NCBI GenBank assembly: GCA_030265395.1
Contig: JARFYF010000065.1
Span: 16,022,365-16,086,364 of the forward strand
Reading direction: 5' to 3'
From: Rhina ancylostomus
Lineage: Eukaryota
DNA: 64,000 nucleotides
A program made the position numbers and the translations under genes. The notes below the pieces were generated by a model that saw only the letters and a program-made list of their open reading frames with translations, was not told where the DNA came from and made no database searches. Positions 12,579-23,600 of the stretch are shown here, in pieces (position 1 is the stretch's first letter; each line of letters starts with the position of its first letter).

Positions 12579-13770
12579 CCAAATAAAAATAGAAAATGCT
12601 GGGAAAAAAAACTGTTAATGTCTAAGATTCTTTGGCTTCCTCTCTTTCCAGATCTGACAAGTTCTATGTAAGTTAACATTCACTGTGCAGACAGAAAATG
12701 AGGTGTTGTTTCTTAACCTTGTGTTAGGCCTCATTGTAGTAATACAGGTTCTTTCTGAACTATGGGTGCCCCTCCACCATAGTGGACAGAGCCCCTGGCT
12801 GTATCTCAATCTATTTCCCTGATCTCTACTTTTATTCCCTCTCCTCCTATATAAAGTAAAAACACATTTCACTTCATCCTCACCTCCCACTCCACCAACC
12901 TCCATGTCCAATAGATCATCCTTCACAATTTCTGCCAGCTNNNNNNNNNNNNNNNNNNNNNNNNNNNNNNCCTTCCTGTCCCCCTTTCAGCGTTTCAAAG
13001 GGATCGCATCCTTTGCAAATACATGCTCCGCTCTTCAATCCCCACCAACCACTCCCTGTCTATGGCACTTCCCTATGCAACTGCAGAACTTGCAACACCT
13101 GTCCTTTCGCTTCTTCCCTTCCTATATCAGGGACCAAAACAGTCCTTCCAGGTGAAGCAGCGATTCACTTGCACTTCCTCCAATCTAGTGTACTGCATTT
13201 GCTGTTAACAATGTGTCCCTTTTACATTGGAGAAAAGAAACACAGATTGGGTGACCACTTTGTGGAGTGCCTGCAATCAATCCACAGGAGTGACACTCAG
13301 CTTTTGGTTGCCTGCCACTGTAATTCCCCATCACACTCTGACCTACCTGTATGTGACCTAGTCTTCCATGTGGGTGCATTGCAACCTTCCAGACTCCATA
13401 TTTGAATTTGCCAACTTTAGGTAACCCACTTTCTTTCTGTCCGGTTCAGAACTGGCCAATTTCTCTTTCCATTAGTCTAGCCCTCTGGGCATTTCCCACC
13501 ACCCTGCTCATAGCAACACAAAGACGTATAATGTGCTTCTAACTGCTGCATTAACCCTATCAGAGATATCCCCTTGGTTTTACCCATCCCTCCTCCACCT
13601 TCTCTGTAAACAACTTGTCTTCGCCCTTTCCCAAGATCTGATCAAGTGTCTTGGACTTGAAATGTTAACTCTGTTTCTCTTTCCATGGATGCTGCCTGAC
13701 CTATTGAGGGTTTTCCCAGAATTTTCAATTTTTATTTCGGATTTCCAGCATTTGCCGCTTTATTTTTGAT
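12579..13770 (+). mobile_element. Penelope-like retroelement fragment with GIY-YIG endonuclease remnant
   Basis: QGPKQSFQVKQRFTCTSSNLVYCICC (frameshift) FYIGEKKHRLGDHFVECL is the PLE GIY-YIG signature. It is followed by a 3' tail with gatgctgcctgacc, and an inverted copy of the tail sits at 12579-12607. Confidence 0.82.
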
Positions 13771-14654
13771 TTTCAAACACCCTATCCCACCTTCCCATCA
13801 GGTTCACCAATATCCTCTAGGAAGGGAGACATGCCAGATTTACTCAGTCTGGCCTGTTTGTGGCTCTGGACTTGTAGTAGTGTAGTTGACTCTTCACCTG
13901 CTCTGAAATGACCCAGCAAGCAACTCATTTGCTTCAATCACATTACAGACCTGTTTTCTAATACTACCGTGGGAGTGTTTTGTGGATTCCAAAAAAATAA
14001 GTCACTACTGTATTAAATTATGGATGCTGACCTTACCAGTGACCCCACATCTAATGAATAAATAATAGTTTTTTTAAAAAAAACAAACACATTTTGTTCC
14101 ACCATGTATAGATGTATCCCCCTTTCCTCACAAACCCTGCTCATACCTTGCCTTTTCTGTACTTCAATGAATCTGATACCTCTGTCTCTTTCTATGATTA
14201 TGAATGAAGTGTTGGACCTCAATTATGCATTGGTACAGGAAACAAAAGTAAATCTTGCCATCTCTTTGCCTCTTGCATGATTCATTTTAACCACCTTGTT
14301 CTCACTATTTTGTTTTCTCACTATGCCTCTTGCACTGAAATCATTTTTATTTATATACCCTGCCCCCCCCCACCTTAATTCTGGAACATTTCCTTTTACA
14401 ACTCCTCTTCTGTTGCCAATCATGAGGATGTTGTTTCACCCTTTCTCCTGTTCTATGTGTTGCCTGGATCCTTGCATCCCTCATTCACCACCTTGCTTTT
14501 GGACTCCGCTCCCGGATTTCTTCCTTTTGCATTTCACCCTCCTCCTCATGCTCTTCTTCCTCCTCCTCCTCCCACCTCCACCCCCTCCTTCCCCCACCCT
14601 TTATAAAAAGAATAGTTCTCATCTTTCTTTCTCTTTTTCTCTCTCTCTCTACAG

Positions 14655-14777
14655 TGTTGGAAGTGTCTGTGCTCAATACTGAAGGGCAGGTGAAGGAGGT
14701 GACATTTCCACACAGTTATCTAACGGAGAGCTTTATCCATATCTCCCCAAATACCATCAAACAGAACAGCCGTAATG
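14655..14777 (+). CDS. ADGRL1: Latrophilin-1 exon: GAIN subdomain B
   Basis: Long pyrimidine tract then ctctacag| ... G|gtaagt; encodes [41 protein letters not shown]; phase 1 to 1. Confidence 0.95.
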
Positions 14778-15799
14778 GTAAGTGTGAGCATCTTTAGACC
14801 GTTCCTTCCTTTGCTTGTGCTGGGTGAGCAACTGGTCAGTTTAACAGCCAGCATTTGCTATTCTTCTGCAGCATGTCCAGTATCATAATTTCACCCCACC
14901 ACTCATTGAAAATCTTCAACCATCAGGGCATTCTTGAGTGGACCTTCTTGCATGAAAAGATCCAGTTGTTTATATTTGATCTTAATGGGGTTCCTGCACA
15001 TTTGAAAGGCCTCTCCGAATTTGGCAGCTTGAGCCAGAACCTTAAGCACATGACCCTGAAAAACGCTTCCTTTGTTCCCTTCACAAACCCTTCCAGGTGA
15101 AAGGCTGAAACACATGCTGACAATTCCTTCCATTCTCTATTTGCATGAATGGAATTATGAATGTAAACTAAAATTGGTTCAGTTTCCACCACAAATTGAG
15201 TTAAGCGGTCTTCCCCAATCTTTAAAATTCACTTAGGATCTGAATGTCACTAGTAATTCTGATGTTTATTGTCTATTTCCATTGCCTAATAATTAGTTAG
15301 GAGTCAACCGCACTGGAGCATCTGGAGTCGCATAACAACCAGACCAGTTATCGATGGCTGATTTCCTTCCCTTGAGGCCACTGTTGAACCAGGTGGTTTT
15401 TTTTTTGCAAGAATCTGATGGTTTCATGTTTGCAGTTACTGAGACCAGTTTTATTTTCCACATTCCGAATGTATTTAATTACTTCAAAGTAAATTGTCCA
15501 GCTGTCTTGGTGGAATTTAAACTTGTGTTTCTGGATCTTTGGTCCAGAACTCTGGCTGTTAGTCCAGAAACTTGACCAATACTCTACTGTATCCTGAATC
15601 ATTGCTGGCCTCACGGACAGAACCAAAAATAGCGGAAATGCTCAGCAGGTCACAGAGCAATGATTGATTATGTGGGTCTGGGGAAATGGCTGCTCCTGGC
15701 AATAGTCTGTCACCTTCAAAGAGATTGTCATCAGAATACCATTGGGGATAAAAGAGTTGGATCAGGAGTACAAATTAATGAATTTGGCTTCTGTGTTTT

Positions 15800-16750
15800 G
15801 TAGGTTAAGGAATAATCTTCTAGCCATCTATTTCTTCCTGGCCTGTTCATCCTGTCTGGTGTCTCATGTCTTTATATTTAATCTCCCCTTGGTCTTCCAA
15901 AGGAAGTAAGACCAATCTAACCAGTTAGTTTCCTTAACTAACATTTTCTGGTCCGTGGGATATCCTCATAAACATCCTCAGCAGCCCCTGCTGTATGGTG
16001 ACTTGAACTGGAGAGAGTACTCCTAGCTGTAGTCTTACTAGTGTTTTATGGTTCTAGCATGACCTTCCTGCCATGGCCAATGTCCTGAATGCCTTCCTAA
16101 TCACCTTCCCTATCCAACTCGCTGCCTTCAGTGATCTGTGGGCAGATGTACAAACCATGTGTTCATCTATACTTCTTACCACCTGACTATTTATCATGTA
16201 TTCCCTTTCCTTGTTTCCCTTCCCTAAGTGCATCATGTCACACTTCTCTAGATGTAATTCTATTTGTCACTCCATGCTCACCCAACCCATCCTACTTCAA
16301 ACTACTGATGTTCATTTCATTTACAATCTTCAGTTAAATCCAAGTATATCCCAATGTTCACAAAAAAAGGGTCCTATTACTGAGTACTGTATAACTCCAT
16401 TATATACAGCTCTCCAGTCAATAAAACTCCCATCTGCCATCCTCCTTTGCTTTATCCCACTGAGACAATTTTTAATCTAACTTGTCACTTTCCCTTGTAT
16501 TTCATGGGCTTGTTTTTTTATTTTCCTGATCACCTTTCTGAAGACTCATCAGATTTGCCAGCTTCACTAACCCTCCGTGTTACCACCTTCAATCAAGTTA
16601 GTCAGACGTGACTTCCCTGTAACAAATCCTTGTGGACTGTCCTTGATTAACCAATGCCTCTCTAAATGCTGATTTATGTTCTCCCTTAATGTTCCAATAA
16701 TTCATCTGCCTTTAATGTTTGGTTAATAGCCCTGTATTTAGTTGGTCTAT
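15800..16750 (-). mobile_element. Decayed CR1-clade LINE fragment
   Basis: Minus strand MMHLGKGNKEREYMINSQVVRSIDE...VIRKAFRTLA and aacaaatccttgtggactgtccttgattaacc (reverse complement of the LIKDSxQGF RT region). Confidence 0.7.
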
Positions 16751-17425
16751 CTATTTCTCCATCCTCTCAATCACTCCATAATAACCTTTGTACCTACCGC
16801 GTTGTTACTCTAGTCACACCCAGATTATGATCCTGTGCTATTACCACAATACCCTCTGCACCAGTATCACATTCCCATCCTACCCTCATTCTTTCATTCC
16901 AGAAGTTGTTAGTTTTTTAACATTGTTCCTCTGCAAGACCATGTATACAAAGGTGCAGGTGTTGGGGATAGGTGGGACAGCAGGGAAATCGAGAGGTAAT
17001 GGAAGTGAGTGAAGGGAGAGGGAAGAACAATAAGGAAGTGGGTAAGTTGAGGGGTACAGAAGTAGGGAAACAAAGCAGCATTTTGGTCTTAGAACAGCGT
17101 GGAGGTGTTTAACATTATAACTGTTTGATTGAGAGAAACTGTTTTCACCCTGATTGGGGAGTGCAGAAGAAAGGGGTTAAAGTTAGTGCTATGCCATCCA
17201 CTGGTTGTGTCAGAAAGCATTTTTTCTTGTATGGAGAAGCAAAGTTGTCAAGACTGAGGTTGGTAGAACTTTGTTGTGCTTGCGTGGTGCAGAGATAGGC
17301 AAGTGGAGTTAAGGTACAGATGCACCATGGTTAATTTCATGTGTGGAACAGGCTTGAGGGACAGATTGGCCATGTGGGTTAGGTAAAAGTAGACATAAAG
17401 GGCACCTGCAATCATTGGGTATTAA

Positions 17426-17712
17426 TATTGGTTTATTATTGTCACTTGTACTGAGGTACAATGAAAAGCTTGTCTTACAAACCGATCATACAGGTTAATT
17501 CATTACACAGTGCAGTTACACTGAGTTAGTACAGAGTGCATTGATGTAGTATAGATAAAAACAATAACAGTACAGAGTAAAGTGTCACAGCTACAGATAG
17601 AGTGCAGTGCATAAGGTGCAAGGTCACAACAAGGCAGATCACGAGGTCATAGTCCATCTCATTGTATAAGGGAACTATTCAATAGTCTTATGACAGTGGG
17701 GTAGAAGCTGTC
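17426..17712 (-). mobile_element. Rex1/Babar-type LINE 3' end
   Basis: attggtttattattgtcacttgtactgaggtaca...aagtgtcacagctacag... is repeated at about 30775-31130 and 51571-51830; the 31 kb copy runs into Rex1-like RT coding sequence. Confidence 0.65.
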
Positions 17713-17873
17713 ATTAAGTCATTTGACCCCACTGTACCTGCAGTGTAAGAACTCCCTCTATATTGTGTAAGGAGGAGCAAAAGGTCCTGAGGCTTGTACA
17801 AGCCTCAGTAAACTGATTCCATCCTGAAGCAGTTGAAGTGGAGCATTGCTGAAACCTGTTGTACTTTCTGCAG

Positions 17874-18162
17874 GNNNNNNNNNNNNNNNNNNNNNNNNNN
17901 NNNNNNNNNNNNNNNNNNNNNNNNNNNNNNNNNNNNNNNNNNNNNNNNNNNNNNNNNNNNNNNNNNNNNNNNNNTAATTCTCTACAACAACCTTGGCCAG
18001 TTTCTGTCGACAGAGAATGCAACAGTGAGGATGGGAGCAGACATCAGCAGCCAGGGCACCTCCATTGTTGTCAACTCTCAGATCATCGCTGCCTCCATCA
18101 ACAAGGAATCCAGCCGGGTCTTCCTCACCGAGCCGGTGGTATTCACCCTGCAACACCTTGAT
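17874..18162 (+). CDS. ADGRL1: Latrophilin-1 exon: GAIN subdomain B (interrupted by 100-N gap at 17875-17974)
   Basis: Acceptor tactttctgcag|g immediately before the gap. After the gap it reads [62 protein letters not shown]|gtaggt. The 5' boundary is inferred. Confidence 0.88.
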
Positions 18163-18713
18163 GTAGGTATTAAAGAGGTGGGATCTCACCACACTCGAGC
18201 ACTACTCAGGGAATCCTCTGTAACACTGATACACATCAACAGCAACATAGCATCTCTATTCATTGCTACTCAAACAGTAACATAATTTCCTGAAACTTTG
18301 GGATTGATTCTGTCTCTATCCCAGCATGGAGCATGAAATTCCAGAGGGTTATTCCCAGAGATTAGTGGGACTGTTTCACTCTGTTACCAATTTTTTTGCC
18401 ATGAGCTCATCAGCAAACTCCCAGTTTCCAGTTTATTACTCTCAGAGAGCGAACTTCCAAACCTGAATGAAGAACCATTGTTTCTCCGCTGCCAGCTATT
18501 ACCTGTTGGAAATTTTATCTTTTGGCCATTAAAATATTCTGGGTGCAGATAATCTTTGCACTGAACCACCCAGCCTCTTTGTCATGGGGTGTAGATGATA
18601 GTAAAGCCAGTCTGAATGTTCAGCAATTAATCCTCTGAAATGAATTAACATGGCACATCATGAATAATATTGTCAAGTATTTTACAAGCTTTCAAAACCA
18701 TTTAGTTATAATA

Positions 18714-19150
18714 AAAGAACTTGCATTTGTATAGCACCTTTCACATCCTCAAGAACTTCAAAGACAGTGTACAACCAACGAATTACTTATGAAACGTATT
18801 ATTCACTGTGATGTGAGTGGGAAACATTGAAGGGAAATTATGCTCTACACAAACAATGTAAGCAGAAAGATCAAACGTATTTATTTTCTTCCACCACTTT
18901 TGCACAGCAAGATCCCATTTAACACAATGTGTGAATGACCAGTTAATCTGTGCTTTTGGTGGAGGGTAAGATATCAACTGGGAGAAGAGACAGATCGAGC
19001 AATAGTTTAATGTCTCTTCCAAAAGGTGGCACCCACAAACTGAGAACTCCGCGAGGTAGGGGGAGGTACAGAGCACTCCCATGCCAGGAAACGTATTCCA
19101 CTAATGCTGCAATAGTAAAGCCATTTCTGGGTGTACAAGCCTGGTGTAGC
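18714..19150 (-). mobile_element. Deu-domain SINE copy (reverse)
   Basis: Starts aagaacttgcatttgtatagcacctttcac, the reverse complement of the recalled gtgaaaggcgctatataaatgcaag SINE tail. Confidence 0.55.
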
Positions 19151-21299
19151 TCGGTGCAACATCAAACAATAACTACTGGTTTCCTTTAGCTGCTGTAAAC
19201 TGTGTTAGGAAACTGGCCCAAGATCAAATCTGCTTGTCAAATATCAACTATAGTTCAGCACTTAAATTTTGAAGTCCATGCAATCTTTTTGGCTACTTCA
19301 TCTCCAGTATGTGACTGAATTAAGTGTGAAGTGAGGGTTAATGTCCATTACTATGCAGATATATTGTGTGTCGCTTCAGTTTATTTCAGTCAGAACTCTC
19401 TCATCTCGGTCTGGCACTGAAGCATGCAATCTAGGCTGATGTCACCACAAAGTACTGAAGGAGATGCCACCTCAGTTAAAGGAAGCCAGCAGGTTTGACT
19501 GTTCTAGTGGACATAAATGTTCCCCTTGGCCCTAATTTAAAACCAGCTGGAATTCCCCAGTTGTCCTAGCCTATCAACTAATGTTGTCAAAGCAAATTCA
19601 TTGGTTATTGATCTTATATTTGTTTGTGGACTCTCAGTATGCAATCATTAGGTGCTATACATTCATCTATATAACAACGATGACACAAAAGGTCATTGGC
19701 TGTGAAGCACTTTAGCTTGCTATAGGTATTAATTTCACATTGTTCCATTGTCTAATAAGGTTCAAAAGCAGCATTGCAAGACCCAGTTTTTTTCATGTGC
19801 ATGAACATTTCTTGCAGTCCTGCCATTAGAACAGGCACTTCCTGGACTGATTCATCTCACCCCAGTGTCATCTCCCCATCATAGTTCGGATGTGTGCAGA
19901 ATGTATTATTTACTTAATAACAGAAGTTGGATCAAAAGATCACAATTTACAATTACGATATTAACACATGCAGTTCAACAAGGCTAAAGGGAGTGAAGTC
20001 TTGATTTAACTTGTTTCCCCTTCCCCTGTGCTGAAGTATTGTTTGATGTGTTGAAAATCACTGCTACAATTTTTTATTTCTGTAAAATTTCATTGTCAGT
20101 CATCCTCTCTATAAACAGGGATGTCTGTGAGTTGATGAGCGTGATTTACGGCTCCCACCCACGGCCATGTCTGAGTTGTTTCTGTTCCCTGCCCCTTCTT
20201 CCCACCCCATTTCTTCCCCTCCTTCCCATCTGGTTTTTCATGATACCCTGCTCCATTTGATCTTCTTTCCTTAGTTGCCTGGGGCTACTATTGGAGAGAT
20301 CATTTTAATGGCACTGACTCCTTTCATGTAGTCCATTTTCAAGTGAATTTGTTACTACCGGTCTGGCAAGTAGGTGTGTGTGTGTGTAGTACACAGGTCT
20401 TTTAAAGTACATACGCAAATTACAATAATGCTTAAAGCAAATTTTCTCAATTTTCACCATTTTTGGTGAATTCTGATGTAGCATTATGGTTTCTCCTAGC
20501 AAAACATTTAGTGCACTAAAAATGCATGCCATCCAATTGCTAGACATTTGTTTCCTCCTCCCAGTTGTTTGCAGAATGCCAAGACAATGGGAGCCCTCAC
20601 ATCCCAATGCTTCTCTGCAGCCCGCAAGTTAATCGATGTTAGTTTGGCTTTCTTGGCAGTACTCCACGTCAGAAGCAGAAGTTGTAGGTTCAACGCGCGG
20701 GGGGNNNNNNNNNNNNNNNNNNNNNNNNNNNNNNNNNNNNNNNNNNNNNNNNNNNNNNNNNNNNNNNNNNNNNNNNNNNNNNNNNNNNNNNNNNNNNNNN
20801 NNNNNNNNNNNNNNNNNNNNNNNNNNNNNNNNNNNNNNNNNNNNNNNNNNNNNNNNNNNNNNNNNNNNNNNNNNNNNNNNNNNNNNNNNNNNNNNNNNNN
20901 NNNNNNNNNNNNNNNNNNNNNNNNNNNNNNNNNNNNNNNNNNNNNNNNNNNNNNNNNNNNNNNNNNNNNNNNNNNNNNNNNNNNNNNNNNNNNNNNNNNN
21001 NNNNNNNNNNNNNNNNNNNNNNNNNNNNNNNNNNNNNNAGTTGGAAGATTAAACAGTTTCTTAAAGGATATGAATGGGAGGAATTTACGGTAATCTTAAA
21101 AAATGGAATTAATGCCAAAGGCTAGGGTAAGCCTTTTGATATGTTTGGGAATGGAGTGATGGGAAGGCATCTGAGGCAATGGTATTCTGTAAGAGCACTA
21201 AAGAGGAAGGGGACGATAAACCTACAAGATGGTGAGAAAGGGGTTGAGCCACAGTTGAAATTATACCACTGAGATTTAAATGGCATTGTCCTCTTTCAG

Positions 21300-21473
21300 T
21301 CAGAAAACCATTTCAATGCGAACTGCTCATTCTGGAATTACTCTGAGCGCTCCATGATGGGATTTTGGTCAACACAAGGCTGTCGACTGATCGAAAGCAA
21401 CAAGACTCACACCGCTTGTGCCTGCAGTCACCTCACCAATTTTGCGGTGCTCATGGCTCACAGGGAGATTTTG
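21300..21473 (+). CDS. ADGRL1: Latrophilin-1 exon: GPS motif with autoproteolysis site and tethered agonist
   Basis: ctctttcag| ... TTG|gtaagt; encodes [45 protein letters not shown]|[13 protein letters not shown]. The cleavage site falls at codon boundary 21434/21435. Confidence 0.97.
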
Positions 21474-21539
21474 GTAAGTTGCTTTGTTACTTTTGAACTA
21501 TAGAGCCTGACTTTTATCGTGTGTTTTTTTTGATGTGGG

Positions 21540-23600
21540 TAACTGTGCAAGACTGCTGACCAAATTTTCAGAGCTATGGGCTGACAAGTCTCTAGTTCCT
21601 GATGGACTGCATTCTATGGTCTGAGAAGTAGTTGGAGAAGTGGTTGATATATTGGTATTGATCAATTCAGGGCAAATGTTATTAGATTGGAAAGTAACGA
21701 GTTACTCATTTATTCAACAGGCAAGTGAGCTTAGCATTCATCATAGTGAAAATGTTGGAAGCTACTATTAAAGGTGTTATTATTGAGGCACTTTGAAAAG
21801 TTCAAGGTAATCAGGCAGAGTTAACATGGTTCTGTGAAAGGAAAATCATATTTGATTGGTTTATTGGAGTTCTTTGGGGGGGAAGTGCTGTGGATGAAGA
21901 AGAACCAGTGGATGTAATGTACTTAGATTTGAGGTGTCACATCAAAGGCATTGCAGAAAATCAAAGCTTAAGGTGTTGGAGGTAATGTATGAGCATGGGC
22001 AGATGATTGGTTGGTGAACAGGAAAAGGTGAGTAGGCATAAATGGGTCTTTTTCTGGCTGGCAAGATGTAATAAATGGTATGGCACTGGAATCAGTACGG
22101 GGGCTTCAACTTTTTACAACTAATATAAATGACAGGGATGATATTGCTAAATTTGGTGATTTCACAAAGATGGGTAGGAAAGTAGAGACACAAGAGACTG
22201 CAGACGCTGGAATCTGCTAGAGCAACTCTGGCCCAAGCAACATATGTGGGTTGGGGAATGAATTGTCAATGTTTCGGGTCCTGATGCAGGGTTTCAACCC
22301 AAAACGTCGACAAATCCTTCCCNNNNNNNNNNNNNNNNNNNNNNNNNNNNNNNNNNNNNNNNNNNNNNNNNNNNNNNNNNNNNNNNNNNNNNNNNNNNNN
22401 NNNNNNNNNNNNNNNNNNNNNNNNNNNNNNNNNNNNNNNNNNNNNNNNNNNNNNNNNNNNNNCAGATGCTACTCAACCTGCTGAATTCCTCCATGGAGTA
22501 CAAAAGGGTAATGGGTACTTTGGGGATGGAAGAACAGACCAGTAAGTCATAAAAGGACTTCCCTTCCAAGTGCTGACAGAGGAGGAAGGGGAAGATGTGG
22601 TTTGATGATAAAATATTGTTGAAGCTGGTGGAAGTTGCAAAGGATGATCCATTGAGTAAGGAGGCTAGTGAGCAATAAACTATATCATTCGTAAAGGAAT
22701 TGAGTACAAAATTAGGGAGATTATGTTTCATCTATGTAGAGCATTGGTGAGACCACATCTGGAGTATTGTGCACAGTATTGGCCTCCTTGTATAAGGATG
22801 CCAATGTGTTAGAAACAGGGCAGCACAGTGGTGCTACTGATAGTGCCACAGTCTCACAGCCCCAAAGACCTGGATTCAATTCTGACCTCCAGCATTGGCA
22901 GTGTGTAGTATGTTTGGTCTCCCTGTGACAGTGTGGGGGTTTCCTCCAGGGGTTCAGGTCCCAAGTACATAATGGTTGATAGGTTAATTGGTGACCGCTA
23001 ATTGTGTAAGTGGCTGGGAGATTCAGGGTAGTATTAATGGACACGAGAGAGAATAGGTTGCAAGTGAATATCTGGTGGATGGGTTACTCTGAGAGCCAAC
23101 AGGGACTTGATTGCCAAATGGTCTCCTATGTTTTGTGTGAATATGAGTTTGGAGAAGATTTATTGAGTAATAACTGGAATAGGTGGGTTGTCTTAAGGGG
23201 AGAGGTTCAACGGGCTAGGCATATCCTCTGGAATTTAAACTGAGAAGGGGCTTGATTGAAACAAATAAGATCCTGAGGTCTCAACAGGGTGGATCTGGAG
23301 AGGATGTTTCTTGTGAAACGATCTAGAATTAGAGGTCACTGTTTAACAATAAGGAGTCACCTACAGTATTTAATGTAGGTGAGGTGAATTTTTCTGTCTT
23401 TGTATCTCTCTTCAAAGGGCAGTGGAAGCAGAGTCTTTGAATATTTTTAAGGCAGAGGTAGATGGATACTTGATAAGCGAGGGAGTGAAAGCTTACTGTG
23501 GGTAATGAGGACTGCAGGGTTGAGGTTGTAATCAGATCAGCAAGGATCTTATTAAATGACAGAGCAGGCTTGAGGGGTTGAATTTTCTATTCCTTGCTAT
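21540..23600 (+). mobile_element. Decayed CR1-clade LINE ORF2 (RT and 3' tail) with nested insertions
   Basis: Degenerate RT motifs (PVDVMYLD, IAKFGDFTK, LVRPHLEYCAQYW) and CR1-like tail; interrupted at about 22185-22492 and 22818-23146. Confidence 0.8.
22818..23146 (+). mobile_element. tRNA-derived V-SINE (HE1-like) nested in CR1
   Basis: gggcagcacagtgg head with B-box-like gattcaattc and V-domain-like gggtttcctcc...ggttaattgg; CR1 sequence resumes on both sides. Confidence 0.7.

Noticed and set aside
14296-14682. Hydrophobic/Pro-rich and Glu-rich ORFs (also 47949-48307, 41776-42201)
   Set aside because: Products of low-complexity pyrimidine/purine tracts in introns.
21300-21303. Tandem acceptor cag|tcag at the GPS exon
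   Set aside because: The downstream AG shifts the frame by 4 nt; only the upstream AG preserves the conserved protein.
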